A DNA stretch of 64,000 nucleotides from an uncultured bacterium (GTDB lineage: Bacteria; Patescibacteriota; Minisyncoccia; UBA6257; 2-01-FULL-56-20). Both the position numbers and the translations under genes were made by a program. Positions 19,107 through 27,190 of the stretch are shown piece after piece (position 1 is the first letter of the stretch; the number at the start of each line of letters is the position of its first letter). Location: the NCBI GenBank assembly GCA_963718515.1, contig OY970354.1, positions 302,363 to 366,362 of the forward strand, read 5' to 3'. The notes beneath the pieces were generated by a model. That model had not been told where the DNA came from. It did not search any database and saw only the letters and a list, made by a program, of their open reading frames with translations.

Positions 19107-19499
19107 ATGAACATCTATGGGTTCCTCGCCAATGCAGTGGATGTTTTCCACTTGGCGTCGGTCGTGTTCGTTGTTGCCGGATTCTTCTTTTCAAAAAAAC
19201 GTTACCCTCGTCTGAGATACGTTCATAGCTTGTGGGGAATTGCTCTAGTTCCCACGCAAGCCGTGTTCGGCATGAGGTGTCCACTGTTATTACTGAGTGG
19301 GTACCTCCGAGAGCTGGCACACCCGGGTATTCCAACCTCTTCCTACTATCAGCCGTTCGTGGCCACTCTCCTCAAGAAAGAGTTTGGGTTCAATACCCCA
19401 GACTTAGTTATCACCGTAATCACTGTCATTGTTGGATGGATGGCGGTGATAACCCTGCTTAGCTTAAAGAGAAACGGTCGGTCGGACTGGACAGAGTAG
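19107..19499 (+). CDS. small integral membrane protein (DUF2784-like, tentative)
   Basis: 130 aa with three or four hydrophobic segments. The CPLLLLSGYLRE motif resembles the CPLT..E motif of DUF2784, recalled from memory. Confidence 0.45.
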   Translation: MNIYGFLANAVDVFHLASVVFVVAGFFFSKKRYPRLRYVHSLWGIALVPTQAVFGMRCPLLLLSGYLRELAHPGIPTSSYYQPFVATLLKKEFGFNTPDLVITVITVIVGWMAVITLLSLKRNGRSDWTE

Positions 19500-19520
19500 A
19501 TTCGGTTCTTCGCTCGCACA

Positions 19521-19561
19521 ACGGCGACTTGCTCAAAAAGCAGTCGCCGTTTCTATTTTTT
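19521..19561 (+). terminator. rho-independent terminator
   Basis: Stem acggcgact / agtcgccgt followed by ttctatttttt. Confidence 0.7.
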
Positions 19562-19616
19562 AAAAAAATCCATATGAGCCGGCTCTTTTGCACAGTTCCT
19601 TTTGGCGCGCTTTTCA

Positions 19617-19625
19617 TGATAAAAT
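19617..19625 (+). promoter_or_regulatory. extended -10 (TGaTAAAAT) 6 nt upstream of the ftsA ATG
   Basis: The sequence is ttcaTGATAAAATgagcatATG. Confidence 0.45.
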
Positions 19626-19631
19626 GAGCAT

Positions 19632-20880
19632 ATGAAGCTGAAAGGGATTGGCGGTGGCGGGGATTTTATCACGGGATTGGACGTGGGAACCTCGTCGCTT
19701 AAAATTGTGGTGGCGGAATGCCGCGGAGCACGGCCCGTCATTTTGTACGCGCATGAGGAACCGTCGTTCGGCATCCGCAAGGGTGCCGTGATCGATCTTG
19801 GCGAGGCATCGCAAGCGATCAACCGCGCTCTCTCGGAGGTCAAAAAGATTTCCAAGTCCGCGCTCAAAAATATTTACGTAAGCATCGGTACGCCGCAGGC
19901 GAAGATGCAGGCCTCGCGCGGCATCGTCGCCGTTTCACGCGCGGACGCGGAGATCCAACAGGACGACGTGGATCGCGCGGTGCGTGCGAGCCAGGCAGTG
20001 AACCTTCCGCAGAACCGCACGATCGTGCACACGATCACAAAAGAGTTCATGGTGGACGGCGTGGGCGACATCCTCGACCCGCTGGGACTTTCCGGAAGTC
20101 GGCTTGAAGTGCAAAGCCTCATCATCGATGCATTCTCTCCGCACATCAAGACGCTCATCCGCGCCGTGGAACTTTCCGGTGGTGATATCAGCGGACTTGG
20201 CTATGGTCCGCTCATCGCCGCGCGTGCCGCGCTTTCGAAACGTCAGAAAGATCTCGGCACCGCGCTCGTCGATCTCGGCTTTGGCACCACCGGGCTCGCC
20301 GTCTACGAAGAGAATCGTCTGGGGGGCGTCGCAAAATTCCCCGTCGGCGCGAGCAATATTTCGAACGATCTTGCCGTGGGTTTGAAAATCCCCGTTGATG
20401 CTGCGGAAGAGGTGAAGGTGCACTATGGATACGCGTATTCAAAAGAAGTGGCGCAGAAAGAATCCGTCGATCTCAAAAAATTTGCGGAGGATGCGAGAGG
20501 TTCCGTTCCGCGCCGGTTCATCGCCGAGATCGTCGAGTCGCGCCTGGAAGAAATCTTCGACCTTATCAATAATGAGCTCAAGCTTATGGAAAAATTCGGC
20601 CAGCTTCCCGGCGGCGTCGTGCTCGTGGGCGGCGGCGCGAAACTGCCCGGGTCTCACGGATCTTGTGAAGCAGGAGATGAAGCTCGCCGCGCAGATCGGG
20701 TTTACCCTCGCCGACGAATGGGAGGGCCGCGGCGGCGGATTCAAGGAATATCTGGAAGACCCCGAGTTTGTGGGCGCGTTTGGCCTTGTTTTATGGGGGA
20801 TGGATTCGGAGGGTAAGGGTGGGGATAAGGCGCCGTCAGGCGCTAGCCTCAAGAAATTTTTTGGCTATTTTACCCCTTAA
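19632..20880 (+). CDS. ftsA: cell division protein FtsA, interrupted by one +1-type frameshift near 20652
   Basis: Actin-like ATPase motifs (GLDVGTSSLKIVV, ...LVDLGFGTTGLAVY, VLVGGGAKLPG). After ...KLPG the conserved continuation LTDLVKQEMKLAAQIGF...LKKFFGYFTP* (amphipathic membrane-targeting tail) is in the +1 frame. Confidence 0.85.
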
Positions 20881-20925
20881 GTATTGTTTGGATTTCTGCT
20901 ACTATAGTAGAAACATTAAAACTCC

Positions 20926-22266
20926 ATGAAAAAGAAACACCGTCCGGCGCATAAGGCAAAGAAGCAATCAAGAAAAAACGAAGGGAAATTTCAGCCCCTG
21001 TCTGCAAACGTTAAAGTGATCGGCATCGGCGGTGGTGGCGGAAACGCGGTCGCGCGGATGGCAAAAGACTTTACGCGCGGCGTGGACTTCATCGCCATCA
21101 ACACCGACCATCAGGATCTTGATGAGTGCGAGGTCAAGACAAAATTATATATCGGGAAAAGTTTGACGCGCGGTCTCGGCACCGGCATGAATCCGGATCT
21201 TGGACGCCAGGCGGCGGAAGAAAATCGTTCGGAGATCACGGAAGCGGTGAAGGGCGCGGATCTGGTATTCCTTGCCGCAGGATTAGGCGGCGGCACGGGT
21301 ACGGGTGCGACGCCGATCGTCGCCGAAGCGGCCAAGCAGTCGGGCGCGCTCACGATCGCCGTCGTCACGAAGCCGTTCACCTTTGAGGGAAGCCAGCGCG
21401 AGCGCCTCGCCGCCGAAGGCCTTATGAAGTTGAAAGATAAAGTCGACGCGATCATCGTCGTGCCGAACGACAGGATCTTCACGGTGATCAGCAAGGACAC
21501 GCCGATCGTGAAGGCGTTCGAAGCGATCGATGAGATCCTGCGCAACGCATTGCGTGGCCTCGTGGAGATCATTGCGATGCCGGGGATCATCAACGTGGAT
21601 TTTGCGGATGTAAAGAATATCATGCAGGACGCGGGCATTGCGATCGTGGGCGTCGGGCGTGCAAGCGGTCCCGACCGTGCGGTCAAGGCGGTCAACGCTG
21701 CGCTCCATTCGCCGCTTCTCGAGACGAGCCCCGAAGGCGCGAAGGCGGTATTGCTCGGCATCACGGGTAGCCGCGATCTCAAGATGACGGAAGTGAACGA
21801 TGCGGCCAAGATCGTTGCGCAGACGGCCGACCCGGGCGCGCGCATCATCTTTGGCGCCTATTACGATAGAACCATGAAGCCGGGAGAGCTGAAGGTCACG
21901 GTAGTTGCCACGGGCTTCAATGGCAGCCAGCCGGGGGTCCTATTTGGGTCTACCAGCGGCCACTTTGAAGGCCGCCAGGGGATGTTCGGCCGCGCTGGCA
22001 CGGATGGAGCCGCAAATGCGGGCGGCGCGGCGATGCTCACGAGCAAGCAATCGAGCGGCGCGATGCGCAACGAGCCCGGCGCGAGCGTCAAAAACCCGGT
22101 TATCCATGCCCGCGGCGAGGAGTCAGCCGACGAGGTGATGGCTCAGAAATCGCTCTCACCAAATGCTTTTGAGAAGAAAGGGGAGTCGAGCGCTAAGCCG
22201 GCGGGTAAAGAGAAAGAGAGCGATGCGTGGGATATTCCCGCGTTCTTGAGGAGAAGGAAGAGATAG
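20926..22266 (+). CDS. ftsZ: cell division protein FtsZ
   Basis: Contains the GIGGGGGNAV tubulin signature, GLGGGTGTGATP, and the C-terminal DIPAFLRRRK peptide. Confidence 0.95.
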   Translation: MKKKHRPAHKAKKQSRKNEGKFQPLSANVKVIGIGGGGGNAVARMAKDFTRGVDFIAINTDHQDLDECEVKTKLYIGKSLTRGLGTGMNPDLGRQAAEENRSEITEAVKGADLVFLAAGLGGGTGTGATPIVAEAAKQSGALTIAVVTKPFTFEGSQRERLAAEGLMKLKDKVDAIIVVPNDRIFTVISKDTPIVKAFEAIDEILRNALRGLVEIIAMPGIINVDFADVKNIMQDAGIAIVGVGRASGPDRAVKAVNAALHSPLLETSPEGAKAVLLGITGSRDLKMTEVNDAAKIVAQTADPGARIIFGAYYDRTMKPGELKVTVVATGFNGSQPGVLFGSTSGHFEGRQGMFGRAGTDGAANAGGAAMLTSKQSSGAMRNEPGASVKNPVIHARGEESADEVMAQKSLSPNAFEKKGESSAKPAGKEKESDAWDIPAFLRRRKR

Positions 22267-22296
22267 AATAAAGGCCCCCGATGGTCGGGACCCTTA

Positions 22297-23352
22297 TTAT
22301 TCGATCGCTTCTTCTTCCGGTTTTTCTACTATCGGTAATTCGAGCTTGGCTTCCTCTGTGGTTATGCGATAGATATCTTTATTGATCTTTCCAAATTCTT
22401 TTCCGGCGGCTGTATAGGCAGAGACGGTGAGGCCAAGATTCTTTCCCACTTTTTGTATATATTCCTCATAGCTAATGAGATGTTTATGCAATGCACTCAC
22501 TTGTTCGCCGATCTTCTTTGCAGATTCTTCTATGTGCAGAGTTTTTAGTCCGTAAACGACGGTTTGAAGATAGGCGAGGAGAGTTGTGGGCGACACGATA
22601 ATGACCTTCTTTTTTGTAAATGCATACTCGAGGAGGTTGACGTCGCCGCGCACACCGACCGCGCGGTTTAAGAGGTCGTAATAAATTACTTCCGAAGGGA
22701 TGAACATGAAGGCAAAATCCAGGGTTCCCTCTTCTGGCTTTACGTATTTACTTGTTTCATCAATACGCTTTTTAAGGTCCTCAAAGAAAGCGCTTTCATG
22801 GCGGTTCCGTTCCGCTTCATCATTACTGTTGTTAATACGGTCATAATTTTCCAGGCTGAATTTTGAATCTACGGGAATCAGGCCTGTGGGAGTCATGATG
22901 ACCGCGTCAACGGCAGTGCCGTCTTTAAAATAGTGTTGAGTTTTGAACAATCCCGGGGGCAAAATATTCTGCAATTCCATTTCGAGGAATATTTCCCCCC
23001 GTGCACCGCGTTGTTTGGGATTTTTGAGGATGTCTTGGAGATTTTTAAGATTATCGCCCATGGTTATCACCTGGCGTTGTCCTTCGCGAAGTTTGCCGAG
23101 CTCTTCGGTTATCTCTTTTATAAGTCTCGTGCTGTCGGCTCCTTGCCGGATGGCCGTGTCTTTCGAATCGCTAATGGCCTTTACGGACTCGCCAAGTTTT
23201 GAGTCCAATATCCGCCTGAGTTCGATCATCTCGGTTTGCAAAAAATGTAACGATTGCGGATCCTCTTTTTTCTCCGCCACTGGCGGTTTCCAAAGCCGCC
23301 ATGCGATCGCGGCGAATAATATGATGATGACGGTAAAAAAGGCGATTTCCAT
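22297..23352 (-). CDS. rmuC: DNA recombination protein RmuC
   Basis: N-terminal TM, a long coiled coil, then the RmuC core (DAVIMTP.GLIPVDSKF...FAFMFIPSEVIYY...IIVSPTTLLAYLQTV). Confidence 0.8.
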   Translation of the reverse strand: MEIAFFTVIIILFAAIAWRLWKPPVAEKKEDPQSLHFLQTEMIELRRILDSKLGESVKAISDSKDTAIRQGADSTRLIKEITEELGKLREGQRQVITMGDNLKNLQDILKNPKQRGARGEIFLEMELQNILPPGLFKTQHYFKDGTAVDAVIMTPTGLIPVDSKFSLENYDRINNSNDEAERNRHESAFFEDLKKRIDETSKYVKPEEGTLDFAFMFIPSEVIYYDLLNRAVGVRGDVNLLEYAFTKKKVIIVSPTTLLAYLQTVVYGLKTLHIEESAKKIGEQVSALHKHLISYEEYIQKVGKNLGLTVSAYTAAGKEFGKINKDIYRITTEEAKLELPIVEKPEEEAIE

Positions 23353-23359
23353 TAGCTCT

Positions 23360-23368
23360 ATTTTATCA
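23360..23368 (-). promoter_or_regulatory. extended -10 (TGaTAAAAT on the minus strand) 7 nt upstream of the rmuC ATG
   Basis: The minus strand reads tgTGATAAAATagagctaATG. Confidence 0.4.
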
Positions 23369-23377
23369 CAAAAACAA

Positions 23378-23404
23378 AAACACCCCTTGCGGGATGTTTT
23401 TGAG
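23378..23404 (-). terminator. hairpin terminator downstream of the RRM-protein gene
   Basis: caccccTTGCgggatg hairpin flanked by an A-run (plus strand), which is a T-run on the minus strand. Confidence 0.5.
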
Positions 23405-23424
23405 TCGGAACTGCGAGCGGCGTT

Positions 23425-23748
23425 CTACTGCCAGTCGCGGCCTCCGCCGTTTCCACCGCCGAAGCGGCTTCCGCCACCTTCACGGCGCGGAGGGCGAGCT
23501 TCGAGAGGTTTGGCTTCGTTGACGGTGAGCTTGCGCCCATCGAAATCTTTGCCGTTCCACATTTCGATCGCGGCTTGCGCCTCGCTGTCGGAACCCATTT
23601 CGACGAAACCGAAGCCACGCGAGCGGCCGGTCATCTTGTCCATAATAATGCTCGTGGACACGACGGAACCTGCCTTCGAGAATGCTTCCTGGAGCTGATC
23701 CTGTGTCGTCGAATACGGCAAACCTCCAATGTATAATTTTGTAGCCAT
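23425..23748 (-). CDS. RRM-type RNA-binding protein with RGG-rich tail
   Basis: Contains KLYIGGLPYSTT (RNP2) and RGFGFVEM (RNP1), with a C-terminal RREGGGSRFGGGNGGGR tail. Confidence 0.85.
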   Translation of the reverse strand: MATKLYIGGLPYSTTQDQLQEAFSKAGSVVSTSIIMDKMTGRSRGFGFVEMGSDSEAQAAIEMWNGKDFDGRKLTVNEAKPLEARPPRREGGGSRFGGGNGGGRDWQ

Positions 23749-23901
23749 TCAATTGCTAGTGATGTGTAAGGCGACCTCCTTCTCCTCTGCTTCTGCGACG
23801 CCCGGAAAAATAGTAGGGCGGCCAGTGGAAACTTACTAAGAACACTTACATCGCAATCATTATACCATAACCTTTGGAGAAACTGCAAATGCCGGTTAAT
23901 A

Positions 23902-23907
23902 TATATT
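23902..23907 (+). promoter_or_regulatory. -10 box (TATATT) 6 nt upstream of the ATG at 23914
   Basis: The sequence is taaTATATTtaacctATG. Confidence 0.35.
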
Positions 23908-23913
23908 TAACCT

Positions 23914-24750
23914 ATGACAATCGCCGCTTTTAGGAAAGAAATTTGGGCACATTATCACCGCGCAGGGCGCACTGACCTGCCGTGGCGCCAAACGCGCGAT
24001 CCGTATGCGATCTTGGTTTCGGAGATCATGCTTCAGCAGACGCAGGTGGCGCGCGTTGAGAGATATTATAAAAGATTCATCAAACAATTTCCGAGCTTTC
24101 GCGCGCTCGCGCAGGCGAAGACGAGCGATGTGTTGAGTGCATGGCAGGGTCTTGGCTACAATCGCCGCGCGATATTTCTCAAGCGCACCGCAGAGATCGT
24201 CATCCGCGATTTTGGTGGCAAGCTTCCTAATAATAGAGAGGCACTCGAATCACTGCCAGGCATCGGGAAGGGGACGTCTGGATCGCTCATGGCGTTCGCA
24301 TTCAATACGCCGGAAGTGTTCATCGAGACGAACATCCGCCGCGTTTTCATCCATTTTTTCTTTCCGCGCAGACAAAAAGTAACCGATGAGGCGTTGGAAC
24401 GTTATATCGAAAGGAGCCTTGATAGGGAGCGTGCGCGGGAATGGTATTGGGCGTTGATGGATTACGGCGCGGCGATGAAGACCCGTGGGCGTGGCTCGCG
24501 GAAAAAGTTGTTTTCAAATCCAAACCGCCGCAGTGCGCACTATAAAAAACAGTCGGCGTTCGCGGGCTCCGACCGGCAATTACGCGGGAGGATATTGCGT
24601 TCGGCGCTCTCTGTCCCAAAAAGAAAGATCGACGCACAAACGCTGGAAAAAATATTGGCAGTTCCCCAAAAGAGGTTTAAAACGGTGCTCGACGGTCTCC
24701 AAAAAGAAGGATTTATCGTTAGGAAAGGAAATTATATTTGTATTAAATGA
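23914..24750 (+). CDS. HhH-GPD DNA glycosylase, MutY-like, without the usual 4-Cys Fe-S motif
   Basis: Contains LPWRQTRDPYAILVSEIMLQQTQV.RV..YY..F, WQGLGYNRRA and LPGIGKGTSGSLMAFAFN (HhH-GPD). There are no cysteines after WALMDYGA, where MutY/Nth carry C-x6-C-x2-C-x5-C. Confidence 0.7.
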   Translation: MTIAAFRKEIWAHYHRAGRTDLPWRQTRDPYAILVSEIMLQQTQVARVERYYKRFIKQFPSFRALAQAKTSDVLSAWQGLGYNRRAIFLKRTAEIVIRDFGGKLPNNREALESLPGIGKGTSGSLMAFAFNTPEVFIETNIRRVFIHFFFPRRQKVTDEALERYIERSLDRERAREWYWALMDYGAAMKTRGRGSRKKLFSNPNRRSAHYKKQSAFAGSDRQLRGRILRSALSVPKRKIDAQTLEKILAVPQKRFKTVLDGLQKEGFIVRKGNYICIK

Positions 24751-25931
24751 TACCTATGCCGGATAAGATCATGAAAGCAGGACTTCTGGCGCTCGTACTG
24801 GGCGCGGTGCCGTTTTTCGCGCTCGCGGCTACCGCAAAATTGCCGTTCTATTATGGCGCATGGGTGCCGTACTGGACGGGCCAGGCGGGGGAACAGCAGA
24901 TCGCGGTCAATCTCGATTCTCTGAATGAGGTCAGCCCGTTCTCCTACGAGATCGTTGACGGCGGTACTATACAGGATGATCTTGGGATAGATAAAGGCCT
25001 TTGGACCGCATGGATCTCCGCCGTCCAGTCGGGGGGTGTCAAGGTCATTCCGACCATCGCGTGGTTCGACACGAACGGCATTTACAATTTGCTCTCAGTC
25101 GCAAGTACACGACGGGCCGAAGAGACGAGCATCGCCCAGCTCGCACAGGCGAATGGTTTCGACGGCATCGATATCGATTTCGAATCAATGTCTCCGGCTA
25201 CTCGGCCGTATTACTCGTTATTTATAGAGGGACTCTCGGATCGTCTTCACGCCGAGAATAAAGTGCTCACGTGTTCGGTCGTCCCTCGCGACGAGCCGAG
25301 TTCGGTGTATACCGTCGTGCCGCCCAATCTTAGCTACGCGGAAAACTATCCCTTGCTCAATCAATACTGTGACGAAGTACGCCTCGAGGCATACGACCAG
25401 GGAACGACCGATCTCAAACTCGACGCGAGCAAGGGCGGAAATGGACAGCTCTACGCACCGGTCGCGGATCCGGATTGGGTGACGAAGATCATCCAATATG
25501 CCATCCAGTACATCAATCCGAGAAAGATCATGTTGGGAATACCGACATATGGATATGAATATGAGGTCTCGTGGTCGAATGACGTTACCACGTATCAGGA
25601 GGTGCGTGCCTGGGATTATTTCGGGGCGATGGATCGCGCGGATTCGCTGGGAATCGCCCCGGTGCGTGACAACGCGGGGGAGTTGAGCTTTACCTTTACC
25701 TCAAGCACGTATATTCAGGAACCGCTCGATCTTACCTCATTCGTTTCATCCCCGGAGCCGGCGGCGCTCACAACTTCCAATCAGAATGCATCCACCACGT
25801 TCTTCGTTTCATTCCCCGATGCCACGTCCGAATTGCAAAAAGTCGCGCTCGCGAAGCAATACGGCCTGCGCGGCGTGATGTTCTTTAAAGCCGACGGAGA
25901 TATAGACCCGGCCATCTGGAATTCGTTGTAG
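24747..25931 (+). CDS. secreted glycoside hydrolase family 18-like protein
   Basis: Signal peptide (LLALVLGAVPFFALA|A). GFDGIDIDFES matches the GH18 DxxDxDxE catalytic motif. Confidence 0.75.
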   Translation: MIPMPDKIMKAGLLALVLGAVPFFALAATAKLPFYYGAWVPYWTGQAGEQQIAVNLDSLNEVSPFSYEIVDGGTIQDDLGIDKGLWTAWISAVQSGGVKVIPTIAWFDTNGIYNLLSVASTRRAEETSIAQLAQANGFDGIDIDFESMSPATRPYYSLFIEGLSDRLHAENKVLTCSVVPRDEPSSVYTVVPPNLSYAENYPLLNQYCDEVRLEAYDQGTTDLKLDASKGGNGQLYAPVADPDWVTKIIQYAIQYINPRKIMLGIPTYGYEYEVSWSNDVTTYQEVRAWDYFGAMDRADSLGIAPVRDNAGELSFTFTSSTYIQEPLDLTSFVSSPEPAALTTSNQNASTTFFVSFPDATSELQKVALAKQYGLRGVMFFKADGDIDPAIWNSL

Positions 25932-26707
25932 TGTGGCATAATGTTCATATGCCAACACAAAAAGACACTTCATGGGAAGCCGTTGCGGGATGGTATGACA
26001 AGTTACTTGAAGGAGAGGGGACGTATCAAAAAGAGCTGATCCTGCCGAACCTTTTGCGGTTGATGGAGATCAAGCGTGGCGACGCGGTGCTTGACCTTGC
26101 CTGCGGGCAGGGATTTTTTGCTCGTGAATTCGCTAAGAAGAACGGGAATGTCGTCGGTGTGGATGCCTCGCCATCGCTCATCGCGCTCGCTCGGCGCGAT
26201 GCGGGCACTGCCGTGGAATTCCACGTTGCCCGCGCCGATGCTCTGCCGTTCTTAAAAAATGGGAGCGTTGATAAAACCGCAATTGTGCTCGCATTACAAA
26301 ATATAGAAAACGTGGCCAGTGTGCTCCGCGAATGCGCGCGCGTCGCAAAAAAAGGTGGCATGGTGTATATCGTACTCAACCACCCTGCATTCCGTGTGCC
26401 AAAAGAGAGCGGCTGGGGTTGGGATGAAAAGCAAAAAGTGCAGTATCGGCGCATTGACCGCTATCTTTCGGAAATGAAAGTTGCGATACAGATGCATCCG
26501 GGCGATAAGCCCAGACAGCACACCACTTCATTCCATCGCCCCTTGCAGTATTATTTTAAAGCTTTGAATAAAGCCGGATTCGCCGCTTCGTTTATGGAGG
26601 AATGGAACTCGCATAAAAAAAGCCAGGCGGGCCCGCGCGCGGCGGCGGAAGATATGGCGCGAAAGGAAATTCCGCTCTTCTTGTGTCTCGTCGCGGTTAA
26701 ATTATAA
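25931..26707 (+). CDS. class I SAM-dependent methyltransferase
   Basis: VLDLACGQGFFAREF (motif I), VVGVDAS (motif II), ...GGMVYIVLNHP. Confidence 0.8.
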   Translation: MWHNVHMPTQKDTSWEAVAGWYDKLLEGEGTYQKELILPNLLRLMEIKRGDAVLDLACGQGFFAREFAKKNGNVVGVDASPSLIALARRDAGTAVEFHVARADALPFLKNGSVDKTAIVLALQNIENVASVLRECARVAKKGGMVYIVLNHPAFRVPKESGWGWDEKQKVQYRRIDRYLSEMKVAIQMHPGDKPRQHTTSFHRPLQYYFKALNKAGFAASFMEEWNSHKKSQAGPRAAAEDMARKEIPLFLCLVAVKL

Positions 26708-26732
26708 AAAAGTTTTTAATTTTCAAAAATAA

Positions 26733-26762
26733 AAGCGCCCGGCCTATGAGGCTCGGGCGCTT
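26733..26762. terminator. bidirectional hairpin terminator between convergent genes
   Basis: Stem gcgcccg / cgggcgc with an A-run upstream and TT downstream. Confidence 0.6.
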
Positions 26763-26774
26763 GGTCAAAATGTA

Positions 26775-27140
26775 TCAATCAAAGTGAGAATGGCTTATTC
26801 TGCGGAGATAGACGCTTTCGAAGCGCTTCATGCTTATTTCTGCGTTTTCGCATGATGCCTCCAGCTCAACAAAGAGCTCCTCTAATGCTTGGATACTCGC
26901 CTTTTGTTCGGGGGTTGCGTTCGGGCATTCCTCCGGCTGATAGCGCTTTCTTAATTCGGAAAGATAATTCTGCGCTTCAGCAATTTTTTCTTGGGCGTTC
27001 TCGACTCGGGCCGCCGGATCGGCAGCGGTGTTTATTGAGCTCATGAATAACCCCCTGAGCTCTCGTTTCATTCTTTGGATGGCCTCTACTTCGAGTGCAA
27101 TCGCTTCTTTGGTGCAGCTTTCAGCTACCATGTTTCCCAC
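26775..27140 (-). CDS. hypothetical helical protein (121 aa)
   Basis: ORF preceded by a strong Shine-Dalgarno (GGGAGGGAGGTG 6 nt upstream of the ATG). No motif recognised. Confidence 0.55.
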   Translation of the reverse strand: MGNMVAESCTKEAIALEVEAIQRMKRELRGLFMSSINTAADPAARVENAQEKIAEAQNYLSELRKRYQPEECPNATPEQKASIQALEELFVELEASCENAEISMKRFESVYLRRISHSHFD

Positions 27141-27190
27141 CTCCCTCCCAGCTGATTTTTCAAATCAAACTACCTGTAGCTTAACGAATT

